Source: Gaiellaceae bacterium (GTDB lineage: Bacteria > Actinomycetota > Thermoleophilia > Gaiellales > Gaiellaceae). From it: a stretch of 64,000 nucleotides of DNA. Positions 12,808 through 20,587 of this stretch are shown piece after piece. The translations under genes and the position numbers were made by a program. The notes under the pieces are model-generated. The model was not told where the DNA came from, did not search any database, and saw nothing but the letters and a program-made list of their open reading frames with translations. The stretch covers positions 4,917 to 68,916 of the forward strand of contig DASREE010000040.1 in NCBI GenBank assembly GCA_035652235.1. Direction: 5' to 3'. Every line of letters begins with the position of its first letter. Positions within the stretch are counted from its first letter, which is position 1.

Positions 12808-12830
12808 GTTTTAGCCTGTGAGTCTAAAAC
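12808..12830. promoter_or_regulatory. inverted repeat GTTTTAG-N9-CTAAAAC, candidate NrtR operator overlapping the divergent nadB and nrtR -10 boxes
   Basis: Perfect 7+7 bp inverted repeat read directly. It overlaps TAGTTT (12806-12811, plus strand) and TAGACT (12821-12826, minus strand). Confidence 0.6.
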
Positions 12831-13540
12831 CTCGCGGACAGTCTACCACCCACCCCCGCACAGCCGCGCAGCTGCCGTCCACGCACGTCGTGCTTGGCGT
12901 CGTCCTGCAGGTGCGCCGCGCACAGCTCCGCGTCCTGCTCTGGCAGCGGGCGCGCGAGCCGTTCGCGGGCGCGTGGGCGCTCCCCGGCGGCTACCTCGCG
13001 GACGACGAGACGCTCGAGGAGTCGATCCGCAGGCACCTCGCCGTGAAGGTCGACGTGCGCGAGCTCTCCCACCTCGAGCAGCTCGTCACGCTCGGCGACC
13101 CCCGCCGCCACCCGCGCGAGCGGCAGCTGGCGACAGCCTACCTCGGGCTCGTCCCGAGCGACCTCGATCCGGCCGTCCCCCCGGACACCGCCTGGCACCC
13201 GCTCGACCGCCTGCCCCGGCTCGCGTTCGACCACGAGCGGATCGCGCTCGCGGGCAGGGAGCGGCTGCGCGCGAAGCTCTCGTACACGAACCTCGGCTTC
13301 GCGCTCGCACCCGAGACGTTCGTCATGGCCGAGCTGCGCGACCTGTACGCCGCCGCGCTCGGCCACGACGTGTCCGCGACGAACCTGAAGCGCGTGCTCC
13401 TGCGCCGCCAGGTGCTCGAGCCGACGGGCGAGCGCCGCCGGTCGGGGCCGTCGGGCGGGCGCCCGGCCGAGGTGTACCGCTTCCGCTCGCGCACGCTCGC
13501 GATCACCGACCAGTTCGCCGTGCTCAGACCACCCGCCTGA
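12818..13540 (+). CDS. nrtR: Nudix-related transcriptional regulator of NAD metabolism (NrtR family)
   Basis: ORF 240 aa. Nudix fold with a degenerate box 'GGYLADDETLEESIRRHLAVKVDV'. C-terminal winged-helix-like region 'FALAPETFVMAELRDLYAAALGHDVSATNLKRVLLRR'. Divergent from nadBCA. The start is uncertain (GTG 12818 or later). Confidence 0.8.
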   Translation: MSLKPRGQSTTHPRTAAQLPSTHVVLGVVLQVRRAQLRVLLWQRAREPFAGAWALPGGYLADDETLEESIRRHLAVKVDVRELSHLEQLVTLGDPRRHPRERQLATAYLGLVPSDLDPAVPPDTAWHPLDRLPRLAFDHERIALAGRERLRAKLSYTNLGFALAPETFVMAELRDLYAAALGHDVSATNLKRVLLRRQVLEPTGERRRSGPSGGRPAEVYRFRSRTLAITDQFAVLRPPA

Positions 13541-13634
13541 GCCGCGCCGGTTCGGCCGCGGCAACCCGGACGCGCTCGGCTACCCTCACGGCCGGGCCGG
13601 CCCCGCCGGCCGCTCGCCATCCGGAAGGAGATCC

Positions 13635-14006
13635 ATGCGAAAGCGCGTGCTCGGCATCGCCCTCGTCGCCCTCCTGGCGCTGACCGCCGCCGCGTCGGTG
13701 GCAGTCGCCGGTCACGCGGCGAAGGGCACGGTGCTCAGGATCAAGACGGACAAGATCCTGCTCAAGTACAACGTCTCGAAGCTGAAGGCGAAGGCGGGAA
13801 AGATCACCATCGTCATGACCAACATCTCGCCGCTCCCACACGACGTCGCCATCAAGGGGCACGGCGTGCACGTGAAGGGCAAGACGGTCGGCAAGGGAGG
13901 TCAGTCCAGGGTGACCGTCACGCTGAAGAAGGGGACGTACGAGTTCTACTGCACCCTCCCCGGCCACGAGGCGGCCGGGATGAAGGGCACCCTCACCGTC
14001 ACGTAG
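13635..14006 (+). CDS. secreted cupredoxin (plastocyanin/azurin-like type 1 copper protein)
   Basis: Signal peptide 'MRKRVLGIALVALLALTAAASVAVAG'. Copper ligands in 'PHDVAIKG' and 'YEFYCTLPGHEAAGMKGTLTV'. Shine-Dalgarno 'ggaaggag' upstream. Confidence 0.85.
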   Translation: MRKRVLGIALVALLALTAAASVAVAGHAAKGTVLRIKTDKILLKYNVSKLKAKAGKITIVMTNISPLPHDVAIKGHGVHVKGKTVGKGGQSRVTVTLKKGTYEFYCTLPGHEAAGMKGTLTVT

Positions 14007-14028
14007 GCGGGAGGGCAGCGGAGCGCGA

Positions 14029-14055
14029 GAAGGGCCGGCCGGGTGCCGGCCCTTC
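14029..14055 (+). terminator. hairpin after the cupredoxin gene (11-bp perfect stem, 5-nt loop)
   Basis: 'gaagggccggc cgggt gccggcccttc' followed by 'gtgtcttcc'. GC-rich stem with a weak T tract. Confidence 0.6.
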
Positions 14056-14072
14056 GTGTCTTCCGGCCCGGC

Positions 14073-14102
14073 TTGACATGCATCGACTGATATCGATATA
14101 TT
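14073..14102 (+). promoter_or_regulatory. ars promoter: TTGACA (14073-14078), 18-nt spacer, TATATT (14097-14102), with palindrome ATATCGATAT (14090-14099) as candidate ArsR operator
   Basis: Hexamers and the 10-bp perfect palindrome read directly. The region is unusually AT-rich for this DNA. Confidence 0.6.
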
Positions 14103-14118
14103 GAGACCGATCGATACG

Positions 14119-14463
14119 ATGCACAGCACGCTGCCCCTCATCTCGTGCTGCCGCCCGCTCCGGGCACCGGCGCTGTCCGACGATGAGGCTCAGTCGACGG
14201 CGGCGATGTTCAAGGCGCTCGCCGACCCGGCCCGCGTGCGCATCGTCAACCTGCTCGCCCGGAGCGAGGGTCCCGTCTGCGCGTGCGAGTTCGAGCCGGC
14301 GCTCGGGCTTTCGCAGCCGACGGTAAGCCACCATCTGAAGCGGCTGACCGAGGCGGGCCTGCTCGAGCGCGAGCAGCGCGGCAGGTGGGCCCACTTCACG
14401 CTCAGGCCGGAGGTGCTCGCCACGCTCGCCGGGCTGCTCGACCTGGAGGAGGATCGACCATGA
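14119..14463 (+). CDS. arsR: ArsR/SmtB family metalloregulator
   Basis: 'FKALADPARVRIVNLLARSEGPVCACEFEPALGLSQPTVSHHLKRLTEAGLL' (CxC metalloid site plus HTH). ATG 14119 preferred over TTG 14101, which overlaps the -10 box. Confidence 0.88.
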   Translation: MHSTLPLISCCRPLRAPALSDDEAQSTAAMFKALADPARVRIVNLLARSEGPVCACEFEPALGLSQPTVSHHLKRLTEAGLLEREQRGRWAHFTLRPEVLATLAGLLDLEEDRP

Positions 14464-15272
14464 CAGACACGGCCACGGAGCTTCGGGAGGCCGTCCGCCG
14501 CCACTACGCGCAGGCCGCGCGCGCGGTCGAGGAGGCAGGGACCTGCGGCTGCGGCGCCGGCAGCTGCTGCGACGACGGCGCGGCGCCCGAGCTCGGCGGC
14601 GCGCTGTACTCGCCGTCGCAGCGGAGCGAGCTCCCGGACGCCGCCGTCCTCGCCTCGCTCGGCTGCGGCAACCCGACCGCGGTTGCCGACCTGCACGAGG
14701 GCGAGACCGTGCTCGACCTGGGCTCGGGCGGCGGCATCGACGTCATCCTCTCCGCCAGACGGGTCGGCCCCACCGGCGTCGCCTTCGGCCTGGACATGAC
14801 CGACGAGATGCTCTCGCTCGCCCGCCGCAACGCCGAGCGGGCGGGCGTTCGCAACGCGGTCTTCCTGCGCGGGCTGATGGAGGCGATCCCGCTCCCGTCG
14901 GAGAGCGTGGACGTCGTCATCTCCAACTGTGTCGTCAACCTGTCCTCCGACAAGGCGGCCGTGCTCGCCGAGATCGGCCGAGTGCTCAAGCCGGGGGGCC
15001 GCCTCAGCATCAGCGACATCGTCGCCGACGACCGTCTGTCTGCGGCCGAGCGGGCCGAGCGCGGAAGCTACGCGGGCTGCATCGCCGGTGCCCTCTCGAT
15101 GGGCGAGTACGAGGCGGGGCTCGCGGCGGCCGGCCTCGAGGCGGTCTCCATCGAGCCGACGCACGAGGTCGCAGACGGCATGCACGCCGCGATCGTGAAG
15201 GCGGTCAAGCCCCCCGGCGCGCGTGCGGCCAGCCCGACTGCGGCCCGTGCGTCCGCGCGCGCCTGCTGCTGA
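14460..15272 (+). CDS. arsM: arsenite S-adenosylmethionine methyltransferase
   Basis: 3' 270 codons of ORF 14283..15272. ATG overlaps the arsR TGA (ATGA). 'GTCGCGAGSCC', 'ASLGCGNP', 'VLDLGSGGGIDV', 'ISNCVVNLS', 'YAGCIAGA'. Confidence 0.88.
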   Translation: MTDTATELREAVRRHYAQAARAVEEAGTCGCGAGSCCDDGAAPELGGALYSPSQRSELPDAAVLASLGCGNPTAVADLHEGETVLDLGSGGGIDVILSARRVGPTGVAFGLDMTDEMLSLARRNAERAGVRNAVFLRGLMEAIPLPSESVDVVISNCVVNLSSDKAAVLAEIGRVLKPGGRLSISDIVADDRLSAAERAERGSYAGCIAGALSMGEYEAGLAAAGLEAVSIEPTHEVADGMHAAIVKAVKPPGARAASPTAARASARACC

Positions 15273-15274
15273 CC

Positions 15275-15715
15275 ATGACGGCGAGGCCCGAGGTTCTCTT
15301 CGTCTGCGTGCACAACGCCGGGCGCAGCCAGATGGCCGCCGCTCTCGTCACGCTGCGCTCGGGCGGTCGGGTGCGGGTGCGCTCGGCCGGGAGCGACCCG
15401 GCGGCGGAGGTGAACCCGGCGGTGGTCGAGGCGATGCGCGAGCTGGGCGTCGACCTGTCCGGCGCGCGGCCGAGGCTCGTCACCGACGAGGCGGTGCGCG
15501 CCGCCGACGTGGTCGTCACCATGGGATGCGGCGACGCCTGCCTGGTGTACCCGGGGAAACGGTACGAGGACTGGCAGGTGGACGATCCCGCCGGCGCCGA
15601 CCTGGACGCGGTCAGGCGCATCCGGGACGAGATCGACGGCCGCGTACGGCGCCTTGTGGACGAGCTCCTGGCCGGCGCCGGCTCGCGCGAGGGACAGGGT
15701 CGTGGCGGTCGCTGA
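15275..15715 (+). CDS. arsC: arsenate reductase, low-molecular-weight phosphatase type
   Basis: 'VLFVCVHNAGRSQMAAAL' (CX5R P-loop) and 'VVVTMGCGDAC'. Confidence 0.88.
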   Translation: MTARPEVLFVCVHNAGRSQMAAALVTLRSGGRVRVRSAGSDPAAEVNPAVVEAMRELGVDLSGARPRLVTDEAVRAADVVVTMGCGDACLVYPGKRYEDWQVDDPAGADLDAVRRIRDEIDGRVRRLVDELLAGAGSREGQGRGGR

Positions 15716-16847
15716 GCGCACGCCGGTGGCGGCCGGATCGGGCGCGCAGGCGCAGCGGGCGGTGCTCGCGCGGCTGTCGACGCTCGACCGCTTCCTGCCG
15801 CTCTGGATCGGCGCCGCGATGGCGGCGGGCCTCGGCCTGGGCTCGCTCGTCCCCAGCCTGAACGACGGCCTCGACCGCCTTCGCGTCGGCACGGTCTCCC
15901 TGCCGATCGCCGCCGGACTGCTCCTGATGATGTACCCGGTGCTCGCGCGCGTGCGCTACGAGGACCTCGGCCGCACGAGCCGGGACGGGGTCCGGAACGG
16001 ACGGTTCTTCGGTGCGTCGCTCGCCCTCTCGTGGGTCGCCGGGCCGGCGCTCATGTTCGGGCTGGCGTGGACGCTGCTTCCCGACCAGCCCGCGTACCGG
16101 ACGGGCGTGATCGTCGTCGGCCTGGCGCGCTGCATCGCCATGGTGCTGATCTGGAACGACCTCGCCGGCGGCGACCGCGACCGCGCCGCGGTCCTCGTCG
16201 TCTTCAACGCGCTCTTCCAGATCGCCGCCTACTCGCTGCTCGGCTACTTCTACCTGACGCTCCTCCCCGGCTGGCTGGGCCTCGACACGCAGGGCTTCGA
16301 GGTGGGGATCTGGGAGGTGGCGAGAACGGTGCTCATCTTCCTCGGCATCCCGCTTGCCGCCGGCTACCTCACGCGCAGGGTTGCCCTCCGGCGCCGCGGC
16401 CGGCCGTGGTTCGAGGAGCGGTTCGTCCCGCGCGTCGCGCCGATCACGCTGTACGGCCTGCTGTTCACGATCGTGCTCCTGTTCGCGATCCAGGGCGACG
16501 AGATCACAACCCGGCCGCTCGACGTGGCCAGGATCGCGCTGCCGCTGCTCGCCTACTTCGCGATCATGTGGCTGGCGGGCTTCGCCGCCGGCAAGCTGCT
16601 TGGCTTCCCCTACGCGCAGACCGCGAGCCTCGCCTTCACCGTCGCGAGCAACGACTTCGAGCTCGCCATCGCCGTCTCCGTCGGCGTGTTCGGCGCCACC
16701 TCCGGCCAGGCGCTCGCGGGCGTCGTGGGGCCGCTGATCGAGGTGCCGGTGCTCGTCGCGCTCGTCTACGTCGCCCTGTGGGCACGCCGCTTCTTCGCCG
16801 CGGAGACGGCGCCGCCGGGCGGCGTGAGCGAGCTGCTCGCCCCGTGA
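15702..16847 (+). CDS. acr3: ACR3 family arsenite efflux permease
   Basis: ORF 15654..16847. 'LSTLDRFLPLWIGAAMAAGLGLG', 'LLLMMYPVLARVRYEDL', 'GLARCIAMVLIWNDLAGGD'. Start uncertain: GTG 15702 overlaps the arsC end by 14 nt. Confidence 0.88.
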   Translation: MAVAERTPVAAGSGAQAQRAVLARLSTLDRFLPLWIGAAMAAGLGLGSLVPSLNDGLDRLRVGTVSLPIAAGLLLMMYPVLARVRYEDLGRTSRDGVRNGRFFGASLALSWVAGPALMFGLAWTLLPDQPAYRTGVIVVGLARCIAMVLIWNDLAGGDRDRAAVLVVFNALFQIAAYSLLGYFYLTLLPGWLGLDTQGFEVGIWEVARTVLIFLGIPLAAGYLTRRVALRRRGRPWFEERFVPRVAPITLYGLLFTIVLLFAIQGDEITTRPLDVARIALPLLAYFAIMWLAGFAAGKLLGFPYAQTASLAFTVASNDFELAIAVSVGVFGATSGQALAGVVGPLIEVPVLVALVYVALWARRFFAAETAPPGGVSELLAP

Positions 16848-17005
16848 ACCCGAGCGCCCCCTCACCCCTGACCTTGTAACAGTCTGTCACTTGGGCTCGC
16901 GGGGCCGGGGCCGGTGTCGCCGGGCAGGCCGTGGGCCTCGTCGCCGGACTGGCGGCGGGCGGGGCTGCCCCGGCGTGCGCAGGAGAGCCGAGCCGCCGCC
17001 TCGCT

Positions 17006-18085
17006 TCAGGTCATCGGGATCTCGCGCAGGACCTTCGGCTCGATGCGGTCGAGGATCTCGTCCAGGCTCGGCCCAGTGACCGTGATGCCGTGGTTGCGCA
17101 ATCCGACGACCGCATGGTCGGGGTCGGGGGCGCCGCGCACGAGCTCGGCAACCGACCGGGCGAGCTCCTCGGTGCCGCACGGGTAGTTCACGTCCGTGGC
17201 GCTGATCCCCTCCATCCAGGCGTGCACGTGGACGATCGCGCCGACGTTTGGGTGCTCCCGGTAGATCATCCAGTGCTCGATCGCGTCGACGGAGACCCGG
17301 CGAGGCTCGACGTTCGGCGGCACGCTCAGCACCATCCGACCGTGGGCCGAGTCGTAGTCGGACACGAGCAGGATGTCCCGGCCGGGCACCTCGAGGCGCG
17401 ACTTGTCGACGCCGCTCGCGCTCATCCAGAAGCGGCGCGCGTCTTTGCGCGCGGACAGGTTGCCGTAGGAGAGCCCGCCGATCCCGTACAGGCGCTTGAC
17501 GTGCCGCAGCTCCCGCTCCGTGAGCAGGTCCTCGATCGGGAACGGGTTCGGGAGCAGGTCGAGCTCGCCGAGCCGGGCGCCGGCCCGGCGGATCGAGTCG
17601 GTGATCTCGTCGCCCGACCACAGCTCGGGCTCGAGATCGGTGCGGAACTCGTTGTCGATCACGAGCCGCGAGCTCGCGAGCGGCAGCACGCGCTCGACGA
17701 CCTTCTCGGCCAGCCGGCGCTCGTCCTGCGCGCTCACCCCGTAGTGGCCGCGCTCCATGGTCGTGAACCACGCCCCCCGGCCCGGCACGTAGTCGAGCAC
17801 GAGGTTCGCAAGCCCGCGCAGGAGCTGCGGGTAGTCGGCGCGCAGCGACTCCTCGATCGGCTCGGGATGCTCGGGGCGCTCGAACAGCGCGACGACGTAG
17901 GTGCCCTTCGCTCCCCGCCGGAACGGCTTCGGATGGTCGAGGTCGAGCAGGCTGATGACGAGGTTCGCCTCGCGCGGGTCGCCGTTCGCGCGCGTGAAGC
18001 CGACCCCCTCCAGCGCCTCGCCGACGAGCCGCGCGAAGCGGTCGAGCGACTCGCTCGTCGGACTGCCGAAGAATGCGTACTGCAT
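17006..18085 (-). CDS. class II aldolase/adducin-domain protein with an uncharacterised ~170-aa N-terminal extension
   Basis: ORF 359 aa. The C-terminal half 'YGNLSARKD...AIVHVHAW...GLRNHGITVTGPSLDE' resembles the class II aldolase fold with His ligands. I do not recognise the N-terminal half. Confidence 0.75.
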   Translation of the reverse strand: MQYAFFGSPTSESLDRFARLVGEALEGVGFTRANGDPREANLVISLLDLDHPKPFRRGAKGTYVVALFERPEHPEPIEESLRADYPQLLRGLANLVLDYVPGRGAWFTTMERGHYGVSAQDERRLAEKVVERVLPLASSRLVIDNEFRTDLEPELWSGDEITDSIRRAGARLGELDLLPNPFPIEDLLTERELRHVKRLYGIGGLSYGNLSARKDARRFWMSASGVDKSRLEVPGRDILLVSDYDSAHGRMVLSVPPNVEPRRVSVDAIEHWMIYREHPNVGAIVHVHAWMEGISATDVNYPCGTEELARSVAELVRGAPDPDHAVVGLRNHGITVTGPSLDEILDRIEPKVLREIPMT

Positions 18086-18185
18086 CGCGAGAGACGAATC
18101 TAGCCGAGATGGCCGACGGCGTGAGGGCGTGCCGTCGCGCCGGGCCCCCTCGGGAGCGCACCGGCTGCGCCCGGGTGCGGGGGTG

Positions 18186-18650
18186 TCAGCGGCCGAGGTG
18201 GGCGAGGACGGTGCCGAGGACGGGCACGATCAGCGTCAGCGCGAAGGTCGTCCAGCCGACGACGACGAGCGGCCGGCGGAGCGTCTGCGGCCTTCCCTCG
18301 CGGATCTGCCGGGCGAGCCCCGGCCCGAGCACGAAGTCGTGCACGAGCGCTCCCGCCGCCAGCAGCGCCACCGCGGCGACCTTGACCGCGAGCAGAGCGT
18401 AGAACGCCGTCGACGCCCGACCCGAGAAGGCGCCGTCCTCGCCGGCCAGGACGGCCCCCGTTCCGGCCAGCACGGCCAGGGCGCTCCAGCCCATCGGCCG
18501 CCAGCCGGCGCCGAGCGCGCGCAGCGCACGCGCCCGCTCTTCGCCCTGGAAGCGCCGCGCGATCGGCACGGCGACGAAGACGAGCGCGACCGTCCCGCCC
18601 ACCCAGACGGCGGCGGCGAGCAGGTGCAGGGCGGCGACCGCGATGCGCAC
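18186..18650 (-). CDS. small integral membrane protein (about 4 TM helices, possibly CopD-like)
   Basis: ORF 154 aa with hydrophobic segments throughout. TAGACA sits 6 nt upstream of the GTG. The family assignment is weak. Confidence 0.6.
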   Translation of the reverse strand: MRIAVAALHLLAAAVWVGGTVALVFVAVPIARRFQGEERARALRALGAGWRPMGWSALAVLAGTGAVLAGEDGAFSGRASTAFYALLAVKVAAVALLAAGALVHDFVLGPGLARQIREGRPQTLRRPLVVVGWTTFALTLIVPVLGTVLAHLGR

Positions 18651-18792
18651 GACGCCTGTCTACACGACCGCGCGACACGGCGCGCGGGCTCCGATCTGCG
18701 CGGCTTTGCTCGGCGCCTTCGTCAGCGACCGGATTACGCCGATCACCGGGGCGATCTTCGGCGTCGTGAACGGGTGGCGTCGGCCCGGAGCG

Positions 18793-19488
18793 CTACTTGG
18801 GCTGGGAGTCGAGCTTGTAGCCGACCCCGTAGCGCGTCTGGATGAACGTGTGGCGCGTCGCCCGCCGGTCGATCTTGTCCCGCAGCCTGCGGACGAACAC
18901 GTCGACCGTCCGGTCGCGGTGCGTCTGCCGGCGACCCCAGATCCGCTGCAGGAGCTCGTCGCGCGTGACGACACGCCCCTGCTCGAGCGCGAGCGAGTAG
19001 AGGAGCTTGAACTCGGTCGGCGTCAGCTCGGCGCTCTCCCCGTCGACGAAAGCCTGCACCTCGCGCGGGTCGATGACGAGCTCCTCGATCGCGATCGCCT
19101 CGCCGCGCGGCGCGTCCTGCGCCCTGACCCCGCGGCGCACCGCCGCCCGCACCCGGGCGACGAGCTCCTTCATCGAGAACGGCTTGACCAGGTAGTCGTC
19201 GGCCCCGATCTCGAGCGCGTGCACGCGGTCGTGCTCGGTGCCGCGCGCGCTGACGACCAGGATCGGCGTGCCGATGCCCTCGTTGCGCGCCGTCTCGATC
19301 AGCCGCCAGCCGTCGACGCCGGGCAGCATCAGGTCGAGGACGCACACGTCCGGGTTCTCGAAGCGAAGCCTCGCCAGCCCCACCTCGCCTGCTCCGACGG
19401 CGATCGGGTCGAACCCCGCCGCGCGCAGGTGCTCCGCCATACCCCTGGCGATCACCTCGTCGTCCTCGACGATCAGCACCTTCGCCAC
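18793..19488 (-). CDS. phoP: OmpR/PhoB-family response regulator, probable phosphate regulator PhoP
   Basis: 'KVLIVEDDE', 'VCVLDLMLPGVDG', 'ILVVSARG', 'ADDYLVKPFS', 'LTPTEFKLLYSLA', 'RYGVGYKL'. Its own upstream region carries a PHO box. TATCGT sits 7 nt before the GTG, suggesting a leaderless start. Confidence 0.88.
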   Translation of the reverse strand: MAKVLIVEDDEVIARGMAEHLRAAGFDPIAVGAGEVGLARLRFENPDVCVLDLMLPGVDGWRLIETARNEGIGTPILVVSARGTEHDRVHALEIGADDYLVKPFSMKELVARVRAAVRRGVRAQDAPRGEAIAIEELVIDPREVQAFVDGESAELTPTEFKLLYSLALEQGRVVTRDELLQRIWGRRQTHRDRTVDVFVRRLRDKIDRRATRHTFIQTRYGVGYKLDSQPK

Positions 19489-19520
19489 ACGACCTACGAT
19501 AGACCCGGGTGCGGCTCCGA

Positions 19521-19553
19521 TCTGGTGAACGCGCGGTGAACATCTCGTGACGA
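19521..19553 (-). promoter_or_regulatory. PHO box: three 11-bp direct repeat units (TCGTCACGAGA / TGTTCACCGCG / CGTTCACCAGA on the minus strand) upstream of phoP
   Basis: GGTGAAC/GTGAC cores at 19524, 19535 and 19546 with exact 11-bp phasing. The proximal unit ends 19 nt before the phoP -10 box. The distal unit overlaps the GTG of the divergent kinase gene. Confidence 0.75.
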
Positions 19554-20548
19554 GGATCTTCGGGCGACGCGAGGCCGAGCCGCGGGCGGAGGAGCCGCTG
19601 GAGCTGAGGCTCGCCGCCGAGCGGGCCGACGTGCTGGTCGAGGAGTCGCGGGAGATCGTGGTCGTGCTCGACGCGGAACGGCGGGTGATCGCCGCCAGCC
19701 GGCGCGCCCGCGAGTCGCTGGAGGGGCTGCGCGAGGGCGTGCCGCTCCCGGACGAGGTGTTCGGCCGCCGCGACGGCCGCTCGCCGATCGAGATCCCCTA
19801 CGAGGTGGGTGGACGCCGGGAGAGCATCCTCTACCTGAGCAGCCCGGGCGACCTCGCCGCCTACGAGGAGCTCCGCGCCGGCTTCACGGCGGCCGTCTCG
19901 CACGAGCTGCGCACGCCGCTCACGCGGCTGATGGTGCTGCTCGAGGGCTTCGCGCTGCCGGGAGCGCGGCCGGAGGAGCTCGTCGAGCAGGCTCGCGCCG
20001 AGGTGCGGCAGATCGGGGAGCTGATCGACGACGTGCTCTTCCTGAGCGAGCTCGACAGCGGCCGCACGGTCGTCTCGCTCGGCTCGACGCCGGCCCTCGT
20101 CGTGCTCGAGTCGGCGCTCGAGCGCGTGCGGGAGCCGGCGGAGCGGGCCGCCGTCACGCTCGTGCTCGACTGCCCGGCGACCATCGAGCTGCCGCTGCGC
20201 CAGCGCATGCTCGAGATCGTGGCGACGAACCTGGCCGAGAACGCGGTGCGCTACGCGGGGCCGGGCACGACCTTCACGCTCACCGTGCGCCGCCAGAACG
20301 GGACGGCCGTGCTCGTCGGCGCAGACGACGGCGTCGGCGTGCCCGAGGACGACCTGCCGCGGCTGTTCGAGCGCTTCTACCGCTCCGACCGCGCGCGGGC
20401 GTCGCGCGGCACCGGGCTCGGGCTCGCGATCGTGAAGCACGTGATCGCGGCGGCGGGCGGCTCCGTCGAGGCGCGGAACCGCCCCGGCGGCGGGCTCGAG
20501 ATCCGCTGCACCCTGCCGCTCGGGGACGCCGGGCCGCCAGGCGGCTGA
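19547..20548 (+). CDS. cytoplasmic sensor histidine kinase (PhoR-like; PAS-like + HisKA + HATPase_c, no TM segment seen)
   Basis: 'FTAAVSHELRTPLTRL' H-box, 'NLAENAVRYAG', 'DDGVGVPEDDLPRLFERFYRSD', 'GTGLGLAIVKH'. The N-terminal 100 aa are hydrophilic. Confidence 0.85.
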   Translation: MTRIFGRREAEPRAEEPLELRLAAERADVLVEESREIVVVLDAERRVIAASRRARESLEGLREGVPLPDEVFGRRDGRSPIEIPYEVGGRRESILYLSSPGDLAAYEELRAGFTAAVSHELRTPLTRLMVLLEGFALPGARPEELVEQARAEVRQIGELIDDVLFLSELDSGRTVVSLGSTPALVVLESALERVREPAERAAVTLVLDCPATIELPLRQRMLEIVATNLAENAVRYAGPGTTFTLTVRRQNGTAVLVGADDGVGVPEDDLPRLFERFYRSDRARASRGTGLGLAIVKHVIAAAGGSVEARNRPGGGLEIRCTLPLGDAGPPGG

Positions 20549-20554
20549 GGAGGC

Positions 20555-20587
20555 GCTGCCGCCGGCGGCAGCTCGGCCGCCGGCGGC
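20555..20587. terminator. two adjacent GC palindromes between convergent phoR-like and pstS (possible bidirectional terminator)
   Basis: 'gctgccgccggcggcagc' (20555-20572) and 'gccgccggcggc' (20576-20587). No clear U tract. Confidence 0.4.

Noticed and set aside
12812-12820. The 9-mer 'tagcctgtg' is shared by the nrtR (12812-12820) and lysR (48437-48445) upstream regions, which could be a common regulatory motif.
   Set aside because: A single shared 9-mer in 64 kb (both strands) is within chance expectation. In lysR it is simply the -10 hexamer plus following bases, and in nrtR it is the spacer plus the GTG.
13635-14006. Apparently lower GC of the cupredoxin gene, considered as evidence of horizontal transfer.
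   Set aside because: The dip is largely explained by its many Lys (AAG) codons. Third positions still look GC-rich, and I cannot compute statistics here.
16848-17005. A terminator or small gene in the 158-nt convergent gap after acr3.
   Set aside because: Only weak, short GC hairpins are present, with no ORF carrying a Shine-Dalgarno or -10 signal. Nothing there is supportable by eye.
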